IMG/VR virus record: IMGVR_UViG_3300042465_004012
Span: 1-64,000 of that record
Source of the DNA: a virus
DNA length: 64,000 nt
Direction: 5' to 3' (one strand)
Notes under the pieces: generated by a model
Database searches by the model: none
What the model saw: the letters and a program-made list of their open reading frames with translations, nothing else
Told to the model about the DNA's origin: nothing
Program-made: the position numbers and the translations under genes
Part shown: in pieces, positions 30,662 through 39,696 of the stretch
Layout of the letters: each line of letters begins with the position of its first letter
Numbering within the stretch: position 1 is the stretch's first letter

Positions 30662-31237
30662 ATGAGTAATACATTTGCATATTATATTCATGATTATTAC
30701 AAAAACGCAAAAGATAACGGATATCATAGTTCAACAGAAAAACGATTTAGTATACTCAATGAATATACTTTCAATTCTGTTTTAGATGTGGGATCTGGTC
30801 CATGCTTTCTTAAAACATGGTTAGAAAACAAAGGTGTTACAGCATCATATGAAGCAGTAGATATTCGAGTGGAGTCATTGGCTGAATGTGCCTGTCCGCA
30901 TTATCAATCTATACCAACAAATAAAAATTATGATCTAGTGTGTTTGTTTGGAACCGTTACATATAATATTGGTGGGAACACAACTCAAAACAAAGAACTT
31001 CTAAAATCTTTGCTACAGCAGTCTAATTCCATTTGTAATTCAATATTGCTGTTTACGGTATTTAAAGACTCTGTGGGACATAGATATAAATCTAGTCGTA
31101 TAAAGGACTATTTTGTATATTTCAGTAGAGAAGAAATTACATCTATGTTGATTAGCATTGGTATCACTAAGTTTGAAATTATTGAAAACTTAAAATTAGA
31201 TCGTAATGAATTTTTTGTGGTTTGTAGCAAGAATTAA
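30662..31237 (+). CDS. Class I SAM-dependent methyltransferase
   Basis: SVLDVGSGP, YEAVDI and YDLVCLFGTV. Confidence 0.75.
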   Translation: MSNTFAYYIHDYYKNAKDNGYHSSTEKRFSILNEYTFNSVLDVGSGPCFLKTWLENKGVTASYEAVDIRVESLAECACPHYQSIPTNKNYDLVCLFGTVTYNIGGNTTQNKELLKSLLQQSNSICNSILLFTVFKDSVGHRYKSSRIKDYFVYFSREEITSMLISIGITKFEIIENLKLDRNEFFVVCSKN

Positions 31238-31260
31238 ATATATTACTCAAAGGAAATTAA

Positions 31261-31578
31261 ATGGCATTGCAAAAATCAATAACATCAGAATCAGGTGTAA
31301 CCACGGAATACTGGAAACTAAGAAATGTAAAAAATGAATATTCGTATACCGAACCAGTTAAAATAATTCTTACTCTTGATGGATATGTAAATTATCAAAT
31401 TCGTGATGAAAATTATCAACCAACGACTCGTAAAGTCTTTATCGTTGAAAATCCGGAAACATGGACAGTAATGTGTGGAACAGATGGAAAGAACAATACA
31501 TCAAACAATCCATATAAAATTGCCTATGAATGGATCAAAGCAAATTCTGGTGAATTTACTGGAGCAATTGATGTTTGA
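31261..31578 (+). CDS. Small fibre-associated protein, paralog of 21944-22246
   Basis: MALQKSI...YWKL...LDGYV...AYEWIK...EFTGAIDV. Confidence 0.55.
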   Translation: MALQKSITSESGVTTEYWKLRNVKNEYSYTEPVKIILTLDGYVNYQIRDENYQPTTRKVFIVENPETWTVMCGTDGKNNTSNNPYKIAYEWIKANSGEFTGAIDV

Positions 31579-31602
31579 TTTGGTGTAATTCTGTGGTATA
31601 AT
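31575..31602 (+). promoter_or_regulatory. Early promoter for dUTPase, leaderless
   Basis: TTGATT-N16-TATAAT with TGG extension; ATG 6 nt downstream. Confidence 0.7.
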
Positions 31603-31608
31603 ACTAAT

Positions 31609-32124
31609 ATGTTCCTAGACTACTTCAAAGTTTCTCCAAATATTCCAGATCCAAACTTTCAGACCAAAATGGCTGCGTGTTTTGACCTTGCCGCATACAT
31701 TCCAGCAAATGAAAAAGTAAAAATTTATGATGGAAAAAAGGAAAATTTGTTTCTTCCAGACCATGATGGAGAAAAGGGTCAATACATTACCCTAATGCCT
31801 TCAGAAAGGGCTCTAGTTCGCACAGGCTTGACTTTTAACGTGCCTCAAGGATATTCTGTCCGAATACACCCTAGATCTGGAATGGCTCTTAAATACGGTC
31901 TTACGCTTGCAAACTGCGAAGGTGTGGTAGACGAAGATTACACCTATGAGACCAAACTTATCATGATTAATACTAGCACAGATCCTGTTAGAATCTATGA
32001 TAGAGATAGAATTGCACAGGGTGAACTAGTGAAGTATGAACAACCAACGCTAATGGAAATTTATACAGAACCGAGTCTGAAATCAGACCGTATCGGTGGG
32101 TTCGGTAGTACTGGAGTCAGTTGA
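31609..32124 (+). CDS. dut: Trimeric dUTPase
   Basis: FDL, PRSG, GVVDEDY, DRIAQ and RIGGFGSTG motifs. Confidence 0.93.
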   Translation: MFLDYFKVSPNIPDPNFQTKMAACFDLAAYIPANEKVKIYDGKKENLFLPDHDGEKGQYITLMPSERALVRTGLTFNVPQGYSVRIHPRSGMALKYGLTLANCEGVVDEDYTYETKLIMINTSTDPVRIYDRDRIAQGELVKYEQPTLMEIYTEPSLKSDRIGGFGSTGVS

Positions 32125-32352
32125 TTTCTTTTTAGTAAATTTTACTGATTTAAATTCTTTCCAGACTATCCAAAGTACAAATATAACAACTGGAAAATAC
32201 CAGAATGCCCATTCAGATGCCTTGTCTGGAGTATTGAAAAAAGAATTTTCAGAGACTGTGTGAATATGTTCACCAGTCTTTGTTTTTAATGTGACAAATT
32301 CAGGACTTGTGCATGAAGCGAGAAAGAGAATGATTGGAAGTAAATATTTCAT
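32083..32352 (-). CDS. Lipoprotein with C-terminal TM helix (unimolecular-spanin-like)
   Basis: Lipobox LASC at residue 14; TM segment WAFWYFPVVIFVLWIVW; basic tail. Confidence 0.55.
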   Translation of the reverse strand: MKYLLPIILFLASCTSPEFVTLKTKTGEHIHTVSENSFFNTPDKASEWAFWYFPVVIFVLWIVWKEFKSVKFTKKKSTDSSTTEPTDTV

Positions 32353-32780
32353 TTGTTGCTCCCTGCTGCTGAACCAAAGTAGAACCCAACAACGGCAAGT
32401 AGAACTTGACGGTTTTCTTCAGCCAAGAAATATCCTGGAATTTCAATAAAGTATTTACGAGTTGTCGCTGGAATGAATCCAAAGATAGCATCTGGTTGTT
32501 TCTGTGAAATTTCTACAAAGGTAGGAATACCAAAGAACGGTAAGACGAACGGAGCAGCCACAACTGCAAAGAGACACGAAAGTACAATAAAACGACGAAC
32601 ATTCTTACCAAGATCTAAGGGGACTCTTTGTACAGCCTTATCTTGATTTTCAGTAGTTTGAGTATTCGCCTTAAGCATTTGCTCAAACATTTCTTTTTGA
32701 TCCTGAGCCCGTTGAGCCCAGTATTTGAAAAGAAACCCAGTAGCCGTTCCACCAATTAATGATATGAGTTGTTCAGACAT
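32349..32780 (-). CDS. Putative 3-TM holin-like membrane protein
   Basis: Hydrophobic N-terminus, VRRFIVL TM segment and C-terminal VVGFYFG. Confidence 0.6.
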   Translation of the reverse strand: MSEQLISLIGGTATGFLFKYWAQRAQDQKEMFEQMLKANTQTTENQDKAVQRVPLDLGKNVRRFIVLSCLFAVVAAPFVLPFFGIPTFVEISQKQPDAIFGFIPATTRKYFIEIPGYFLAEENRQVLLAVVGFYFGSAAGSNK

Positions 32781-32788
32781 AATATACC

Positions 32789-33409
32789 TCAGTTCTTTTG
32801 ATGTGAAAGTTGAATCTCAATTGACTCTTTGATAGCCTTAAAGTGTTTCATTAAAATATCATGTTCTTCTAGTTGTGGTTCAAATTTTTCATTCCATTGA
32901 AGCAAAACAAATCCAACATTTGCTCCTTTATTTTTTAATGGAAGACAGGCATAATCTGAAACATTTTCATCTTCAAAGAACCCTTTGGTGTAACTTTCAG
33001 GTAATGATCGAAGAGGATAAATTAAACTTTTGTTTTCTACCACATGAACTAATAAAGGAATAAACATAGAACATAAACTTCCTTTAAGAAGTGATACTTG
33101 TGATGTATAACCTTTGTGTGTTGATTCGTGAGTTACAGAAAATTTACGCATGGAAATTCCATCCATTGTATATTCCCCGTTATGAAACTGTATAATACTT
33201 GCTCTCATGCACTTAGTAGTAACTCTAAGTTCTGTTAATAATTCATGTATTTCGGTGTGTATTGCAATAAAATTGTCTGTTTTTATTCTAGACTTTATAA
33301 ATTTCATAATTCCATATACTCCCCCGATTACACCTACCATAATAAGAGAAATGATGTCTATAAATTTGGTATAATCGATGAGAGATAACAGCATATATTG
33401 AAACTCCAT
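32789..33409 (-). CDS. Single-TM protein with GAF-like domain, possibly T4 T-holin-like
   Basis: One N-terminal TM, then RASIIQFHNG...CLPL...VGFVLL; late promoter upstream. Confidence 0.5.
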   Translation of the reverse strand: MEFQYMLLSLIDYTKFIDIISLIMVGVIGGVYGIMKFIKSRIKTDNFIAIHTEIHELLTELRVTTKCMRASIIQFHNGEYTMDGISMRKFSVTHESTHKGYTSQVSLLKGSLCSMFIPLLVHVVENKSLIYPLRSLPESYTKGFFEDENVSDYACLPLKNKGANVGFVLLQWNEKFEPQLEEHDILMKHFKAIKESIEIQLSHQKN

Positions 33410-33420
33410 TAGTGTGCATT

Positions 33421-33430
33421 AATATTTATA
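33421..33430 (-). promoter_or_regulatory. Late promoter for the lysis-like operon
   Basis: TATAAATA on the minus strand, back to back with an early promoter. Confidence 0.65.
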
Positions 33431-33433
33431 TTC

Positions 33434-33461
33434 TTGACTATGGGGCACATTCTGGTATAAT
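33434..33461 (+). promoter_or_regulatory. Early promoter for the DNA polymerase operon, leaderless
   Basis: TTGACT-N16-TATAAT with TGG extension; ATG at 33469, 7 nt downstream. Confidence 0.8.
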
Positions 33462-33468
33462 ATACACC

Positions 33469-33783
33469 ATGACTAGAGATGAACTATTTCAATTACACGA
33501 AGACATTTGTCGCCGAGCATTAGTAATAATGCGCCACAAGTCCGCAGATTATGCATCCGGAACAGATCCGTTTGCTAATTTTAAGAGAGGAGAGATTCTT
33601 GGCTTTGCAAGTGCCGAAGAGGGGTTAATGTTACGTGTAATCGATAAAATCTCACGTATTTCCACCTTTCTCAAGAAAGGTGAACTAAAAGTGGGAAATG
33701 AGACTGTTCAAGACAGTATTCTTGACGTAATTAACTATATGATTCTCCTACAGGGTTTGCTGGAAGACAAAGAAACCAAATAA
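33469..33783 (+). CDS. Nucleotide-modification-associated (Nmad1/DUF1599-like) helical protein
   Basis: KSADYA...DPFANF...DKISRI...ETVQDSILDVINY. Confidence 0.65.
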   Translation: MTRDELFQLHEDICRRALVIMRHKSADYASGTDPFANFKRGEILGFASAEEGLMLRVIDKISRISTFLKKGELKVGNETVQDSILDVINYMILLQGLLEDKETK

Positions 33784-33785
33784 TT

Positions 33786-36293
33786 ATGAAATTTTATACA
33801 GCGTGTGCACTTAAAGGGAACAAAGTTCTTGTTCGTGGCTATCGTAATGGTACCCGTTTTACGGATACTGTGGCATTTAAACCATCGCTGTACGTTCGTA
33901 CCGACAAACCAACCAAGTATACCACTTTGACAGGTGTCAAGGTTGGTCGTATTGAGTTTGAGACATTATATGAATGTCGTAAATTTCTTGATCAATACCG
34001 AGAACTAGATGATTGCCCAATTTATGGAAACACTGATTTCATTACTCAATATATCATGGAGACTTATGCGTCTGAGGTGGAATACGATCTTTCCAAGATC
34101 AAAGTAGCCTACCTTGACCTTGAATGTGAGACAGAAGGTGGATTCCCTAACCTTGATGCCCCCAATGAGCGAATCAATTTGGTTACGATTCGTATTTCTG
34201 GCGTCAACTATGTTATCACCATGAAACCGGTTAAACTTCCGGATTGCAAAGTTATTTTGGTTGCATCTGAAAAAGAATTGATTAAAAAGATTTTTGACAT
34301 TCTTAAACACTGCGACCCAGACATTTTGACTGGGTGGAATATCAAACTCTTTGATATGCCATATATTATTGGTCGTGCAAAACTATTCTTTGATGAAAAA
34401 GAAATTCAAGGGTGGATGCCATTTGGTCTGATGAAAATGCGTATCACCAATATTGGTGGTAAAGACTATACATTATATGAATTTCCCGGATATACCATTC
34501 TGGATTACATGGATTTATATAAGAAGTTTTCTGGGACCAACCAGGAGAGTTACGCCCTAAATAATATAGCAAAGGTAGAACTAGATGAACAAAAACTGGA
34601 CTATACCGAGTATGGGTCTTTGCGTGAGTTTTATACGCAAAACTTTCAAAAGTTTGCTGAATACAATATCCAAGACGTGGTCTTGGTTGAGCGACTTGAG
34701 GATAAACTAAAGTTAATTGATCTCGCAGTTTCGATTGCCTATGAAGCCAAGATCACCTTTGATACAGTCTTCTTTGCTACGCGTATTTGGGAAACTATTT
34801 GTTGTGACTATCTTGCTAAACAAAACATTGTTCCACCATTAAAGACAAAGTACGCCAAGGACGAGCAGTTCATTGGTGCATATGTCAAGGATGTTATTCC
34901 CGGTCTGTATAAAAATGTTGTGAGTTTCGACGCAACATCTCTGTATCCATCTATTATCATTGGTTGGAACATTTCACCCGAGACATGTATTGTCAAGAAT
35001 TCATCATTGAATGCAGATGACTTTTTGCGTAGTAAGCGCAAAGAGATTCCTGGCATGATTCAAGATGCTATTGATCAGAATGCATGTTTGGCATGTAATG
35101 GTTCAGTTTTTTCAAATGGTGTCAAGGGATTCATTCCTACTTTGATTGAGATTACTTTCAATCAGCGACAGGAAGCCAAGAAGAAGATGATCAAGTTGGA
35201 AAAGGAATACGAAATCTCCAAAGATAAAAATCTTATTCCTCTGATTGCTGCTCTCAAGATTCGTCAGTCAGTGAAGAAGATTCTAGCAAACAGTTTGTAT
35301 GGCTGTCTTGGTAACCCTGCATTCACATACTCTTCTCCTGAACTTGCAACTGCAGTTACCGTTACCGGTCAGGTTATCATTCGATCTGCCGAAGAGCAGA
35401 TGAATGCTTATATCAACAAGGTTATGAAGAACAAGACCACAAAGGATTATGTAATTGCAGTTGATACTGATTCAGTGTACTTGAATCTCGAAGATATTAT
35501 TTCTAGAGTTTCTGAAGATAGTCCCATTAAGGATGTTACTTCCTTTATCGATAATATTTGTGAAAATAATATTCAAAAAGAATTGACTGGAAGTATGAGC
35601 ATACTTACAACCAAATTAAATTGCCTCGCTAATAAAATTGTGTTTAAACGAGAAGCAATCGCATCAGTTGGATTGTTTGTTGCCAAAAAGAAATATGCAT
35701 TGTTGTTGAATGACCTTGAGGGTGTTAGATTCAGTGAACCTAAGTTGAAGATCATGGGTCTAGAATCTGTTCGTAGTAGCACTCCTGGTATCGTTCGAGC
35801 CAAACTCAAAGAATGTATCATGATTATCATGACACAGAATGAAGAGAAGTTACGTAAGTATGTCAATACATTTTACGATGAATTTATCAAGTTACCTATT
35901 GAAGATATTGCTTCACCAAGAGGTGTTAAAGGTATTTCGAAGTACAGCAGTAATGATGATATATATAAGGGTGGTACACCAATAGCAACCAAAGCAGCAT
36001 TATTACACAATGCATATCTTAAAAAGTTGCATATCGACAAAACAATTCCTTCTATCAAAGAAAATGATAAGATCAAATTTGTTTTTGTTAAAGTTCCAAA
36101 CCCATATGGAAAAAATGGTAAAGATGGTGTGATGGGCTTTATCAATAAATGTCCTCCTGAATTTGAATTGAAAAAATATATTGATTTAGAGAAACAGTTT
36201 GAAAAAACATTTTATGAACCTCTCGACAATATTTTACAAGTTATTAAATGGTCGATCAGTAACAAAATTACACTTGAATCTTTTTTTGGATAA
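33786..36293 (+). CDS. gp43: Family B DNA polymerase gp43
   Basis: DLECE exonuclease motif, FDATSLYPS, KILANSLYG and DTDS. Confidence 0.97.
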   Translation: MKFYTACALKGNKVLVRGYRNGTRFTDTVAFKPSLYVRTDKPTKYTTLTGVKVGRIEFETLYECRKFLDQYRELDDCPIYGNTDFITQYIMETYASEVEYDLSKIKVAYLDLECETEGGFPNLDAPNERINLVTIRISGVNYVITMKPVKLPDCKVILVASEKELIKKIFDILKHCDPDILTGWNIKLFDMPYIIGRAKLFFDEKEIQGWMPFGLMKMRITNIGGKDYTLYEFPGYTILDYMDLYKKFSGTNQESYALNNIAKVELDEQKLDYTEYGSLREFYTQNFQKFAEYNIQDVVLVERLEDKLKLIDLAVSIAYEAKITFDTVFFATRIWETICCDYLAKQNIVPPLKTKYAKDEQFIGAYVKDVIPGLYKNVVSFDATSLYPSIIIGWNISPETCIVKNSSLNADDFLRSKRKEIPGMIQDAIDQNACLACNGSVFSNGVKGFIPTLIEITFNQRQEAKKKMIKLEKEYEISKDKNLIPLIAALKIRQSVKKILANSLYGCLGNPAFTYSSPELATAVTVTGQVIIRSAEEQMNAYINKVMKNKTTKDYVIAVDTDSVYLNLEDIISRVSEDSPIKDVTSFIDNICENNIQKELTGSMSILTTKLNCLANKIVFKREAIASVGLFVAKKKYALLLNDLEGVRFSEPKLKIMGLESVRSSTPGIVRAKLKECIMIIMTQNEEKLRKYVNTFYDEFIKLPIEDIASPRGVKGISKYSSNDDIYKGGTPIATKAALLHNAYLKKLHIDKTIPSIKENDKIKFVFVKVPNPYGKNGKDGVMGFINKCPPEFELKKYIDLEKQFEKTFYEPLDNILQVIKWSISNKITLESFFG

Positions 36294-36317
36294 TACATCA
36301 GAACGGAATGTTAAGAA

Positions 36318-36620
36318 ATGGTAAAGACCTTTAAATCTAGATATGGGGATGAACGAATCCTTAGAAAACGTAAAGACGGAAACTATACTCTCGAAGGTCG
36401 CACCTTATTTTCTAGGAGTGGCAATGGTTTATTTGACTTTGAAGGTGGTCCATGCATTATGGTTGGTGATAGACTACTTGACATTGTCAATGACGTAGAT
36501 GACGTAATTATAGAATCAGTTACTATTGATGGCACTATAGTTGAAGAAAACTATATGCGTGTTATCATTACAACAAAACCTATTAAAAAAGGTAAGAATA
36601 AAAGTGACAAAAAAACCTAA
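36318..36620 (+). CDS. Hypothetical protein, paralog of 57522-57812
   Basis: SRYG...LEG.TLF.R...DFEGGP. Confidence 0.6.
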   Translation: MVKTFKSRYGDERILRKRKDGNYTLEGRTLFSRSGNGLFDFEGGPCIMVGDRLLDIVNDVDDVIIESVTIDGTIVEENYMRVIITTKPIKKGKNKSDKKT

Positions 36621-36987
36621 AGTTACTATTACTAAAACTATTCCATGGCAATATGAATACAATATTTTAAAAGTGCCATATCAGGAATTTTTAGAATCTA
36701 TTGAAGAGATGCCATTTGCAATGTTATTATATGAACATAGGTCTCATTGTGAATACAGAGGTCACAAATTAAAAAATCATCCAAACTTTGGTGATGAAAA
36801 CAATAGGGATCTTTATAATAGAATTCATGCTATTGAAAATGCACTCAAAGCACATTATTACAGACTTGGTGATGCTATAGAGGCATCACAGTATTGGGAA
36901 AACGAAAACTACAAACACACAAACAAGAAGAAAGAAGAGAATGTCAAAGTATCTAACAAATCTACTAAGCAAACTAAACAATCCTGA
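36604..36987 (+). CDS. Hypothetical protein
   Basis: Fills the gap before uvsX; GTG start inferred. Confidence 0.5.
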   Translation: MTKKPKVTITKTIPWQYEYNILKVPYQEFLESIEEMPFAMLLYEHRSHCEYRGHKLKNHPNFGDENNRDLYNRIHAIENALKAHYYRLGDAIEASQYWENENYKHTNKKKEENVKVSNKSTKQTKQS

Positions 36988-37963
36988 TGCAGCCATCGTA
37001 GCCGATGGTATTGATGGTGCAGATGTTACAGGCTTCATTGATACAGGTTCTTATGTTCTGAATGCTTTGCTTTCAGGATCTATATATGGTGGACTACCCG
37101 CGAACAAGATATCTTGTCTTGCAGGAGATCCGGCTACTGGAAAGACTTTCTATGCAATTGGAATCGCTACGCAATTTCTCAAAGACCACAAAGATGGTGT
37201 GGTCATCTACTTTGACACGGAGCAAGCAATCACTTCAGACATGTTTGCACAACGGGGAATCGATTCCAAAAGAATTGCAGTTGTTCCTGTTGCAACAATC
37301 GAAGAGTTCAAGAACCAGGCTCTCAAGATCGTTAATGACGTACTTGAAACACCTGAAGAAGACCGCAAGCCAATCTTTATGGTTCTTGATTCTTTGGGAA
37401 TGTTATCGACAAACAAAGAAATGAATGATTCGGCTGAAGGTAAGGATGTGCGTGATATGACCAAGGCACAACTTACTAAGGCTACATTCCGTGTTCTTAC
37501 ACTGAAACTTGGTAAGGCAAAGATACCACTTCTTCTTACAAACCATACCTATCAAGTTATTGGTTCGTATGTTCCTACCAAGGATCTTGGTGGTGGTGTA
37601 GGTATTAAGTATGCTGCTAGTAACATTATAATGTTATCGAAGAGCAAGGACAAGACTGATGATGGTATCGTTGGTAACTTTATTAAGTGCACCAATTACA
37701 AGAATCGTTTTGTCAAAGAAAACATGCACGTTCAGACACGGCTTAACTATACTTCCGGGTTAAGTAGATACTATGGTTTGACAGACCTTGCCATCGAGTA
37801 TAATGTATTCAAGAAGGTATCTACAAGAGTAGAACTTCCAGATGGCACAAAAGCATTTGAGAAAAATATTGACGAAGATCCTGAAAAGTATTTTACAAAA
37901 GAAATTTTAGATAAACTAGACATTGAAATTCAAAAAGGGTTTAAGTATGGACAAGGCACTTAA
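36941..37963 (+). CDS. uvsX: RecA-like recombinase UvsX
   Basis: DTGSYVLN, GDPATGKT, FDTE, DSLGML and TNHTY. Confidence 0.95.
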   Translation: MSKYLTNLLSKLNNPDAAIVADGIDGADVTGFIDTGSYVLNALLSGSIYGGLPANKISCLAGDPATGKTFYAIGIATQFLKDHKDGVVIYFDTEQAITSDMFAQRGIDSKRIAVVPVATIEEFKNQALKIVNDVLETPEEDRKPIFMVLDSLGMLSTNKEMNDSAEGKDVRDMTKAQLTKATFRVLTLKLGKAKIPLLLTNHTYQVIGSYVPTKDLGGGVGIKYAASNIIMLSKSKDKTDDGIVGNFIKCTNYKNRFVKENMHVQTRLNYTSGLSRYYGLTDLAIEYNVFKKVSTRVELPDGTKAFEKNIDEDPEKYFTKEILDKLDIEIQKGFKYGQGT

Positions 37964-38312
37964 AGACACTTATATTATATTAGATGATGCATCTGAATAT
38001 ATGACATTAGATACTGTACCAATTAAAATTATAGTTGATCCGTATCTTGGTGTAGAATTTAGATTTCAAAAAATCAATATGAAAATGGAAGAAGAAAACT
38101 TAAATATTAATTTTAATGTTGAAATCTTAAAAAACCCAAATAATGTTGATGTTGAATTAAATAACCAAGAGTTCATTGACTTCTTGGGTAAAATCCTGTA
38201 TGATATGCTTGTATACCGAGACGATATTATAACGAAGACTCAGGCGGAACCTGAGCAAATTGATCTCGAAGATGATGTGCACAGTGACTCCTATGGAAAA
38301 AATTATTCTTAA
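37947..38312 (+). CDS. Hypothetical acidic protein at the gp40 position
   Basis: Lies between uvsX and gp41; no decisive motif. Confidence 0.45.
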   Translation: MDKALKDTYIILDDASEYMTLDTVPIKIIVDPYLGVEFRFQKINMKMEEENLNINFNVEILKNPNNVDVELNNQEFIDFLGKILYDMLVYRDDIITKTQAEPEQIDLEDDVHSDSYGKNYS

Positions 38313-39696
38313 GAATCTTGCCAAGAACGAAGAATTTGCACGTAAAGTACTCCCCTTTATCAAGGAGGAGTATTTTGCTTCTAGAGCAGAAAGAGTCTTA
38401 TATGTAAACTTAGAAAGCTTTGTCACTAAGTACACTTCCCTTCCAACTAAAGATGCTTTGATTCTTATGATCGAAAAGCATAAAGGAATCAGTGAAGAAG
38501 AATACAAAGGTTCACTGCGTTTAATCACAGAAATTTTTGATAGCAATGATCGTGAAGACCAAGAGTGGTTACTTGACCATACAGAGAAATTCTGTAAGGA
38601 AAAGGCTATTCATCTTGCAATCATGAACTCTATCAATATTCTTGATGGCAAAGATAAAGAGTACACAGAATCTGCTATTCCAGAAATTCTTAGTAATGCC
38701 TTGGCTATTAGTTTTGACACACGAGTGGGTCACGATTTCATCGAAGATTCTGATATTCGTTATCAATTTTATAACAAGACTGAGAAGCGTATTCCGTTTG
38801 ACCTTGAGTATTTCAATACAATCACGGGTGGTGGTACTCCAACCAAAACTCTGAACATTGTGATGGCGGGTACAGGCTGTGGTAAGAGTCTTTTTCTATG
38901 TCATCATGCTGCATCCTGTTTGATGCAAAACTTGAATGTTCTGTATATTACACTTGAGATGGCGGAAGAACGTATTGCTGAACGTATTGATGCAAATCTT
39001 CTTGATACTCCCGTACAAGATCTTGCAACTATGCCAATCGCATCTTACAAGAAGAAGATGGAACAACTCAAGAAGCAATCAACAGGTAGACTTATTATTA
39101 AAGAATATCCTACCGGTGGAGCAAACTCAAATCACTTTAGAATTCTACTGCAGGAACTACGTACAAAGAAGAAGTTTAAGCCAGATATCATTTTTATTGA
39201 TTATTTGAATATCTGCTCTTCGTCTCGCATGAAGCAGGGTGGTAACACGAACAGTTACCATTACATCAAGGCTATCGCTGAAGAACTTCGTGGACTTGCG
39301 GTTGAGTTTGATCTTCCGATCTTTAGTGCTACTCAAGTAAATCGATCAGGGTTTTCTAGTACGGATGTTGGTCTCGAAGATACATCCGAATCGTTTGGAC
39401 TTCCTGCTACCGCAGATTTCTTTGTTGCGTTGATTCGTACCGATGAATTGGATGACTCAAAGCAACTAATGGTAAAGCAACTCAAGAATCGTTACAACAC
39501 GACAGCGATTAACAGAAAGTTTGTTATTGGTGTTGAGTTCAACAAGATGAAACTACATGACGTTGACGAAGGTACGCAGCCCGTAATGGTTAGTTCCAAT
39601 CAAAGCAGTAACAAGGATAAGCGTAACAACGAAGATTCTTATTACAAGAGTATCTCCGAGTCATCAAAGCAACTTAGTTCCGGATGGCAGATGTAA
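38293..39696 (+). CDS. gp41: Replicative helicase gp41
   Basis: AGTGCGKS, LEMAEE, IDYLNIC, ATQVNR and SESFGLP. Confidence 0.95.
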   Translation: MEKIILKNLAKNEEFARKVLPFIKEEYFASRAERVLYVNLESFVTKYTSLPTKDALILMIEKHKGISEEEYKGSLRLITEIFDSNDREDQEWLLDHTEKFCKEKAIHLAIMNSINILDGKDKEYTESAIPEILSNALAISFDTRVGHDFIEDSDIRYQFYNKTEKRIPFDLEYFNTITGGGTPTKTLNIVMAGTGCGKSLFLCHHAASCLMQNLNVLYITLEMAEERIAERIDANLLDTPVQDLATMPIASYKKKMEQLKKQSTGRLIIKEYPTGGANSNHFRILLQELRTKKKFKPDIIFIDYLNICSSSRMKQGGNTNSYHYIKAIAEELRGLAVEFDLPIFSATQVNRSGFSSTDVGLEDTSESFGLPATADFFVALIRTDELDDSKQLMVKQLKNRYNTTAINRKFVIGVEFNKMKLHDVDEGTQPVMVSSNQSSNKDKRNNEDSYYKSISESSKQLSSGWQM

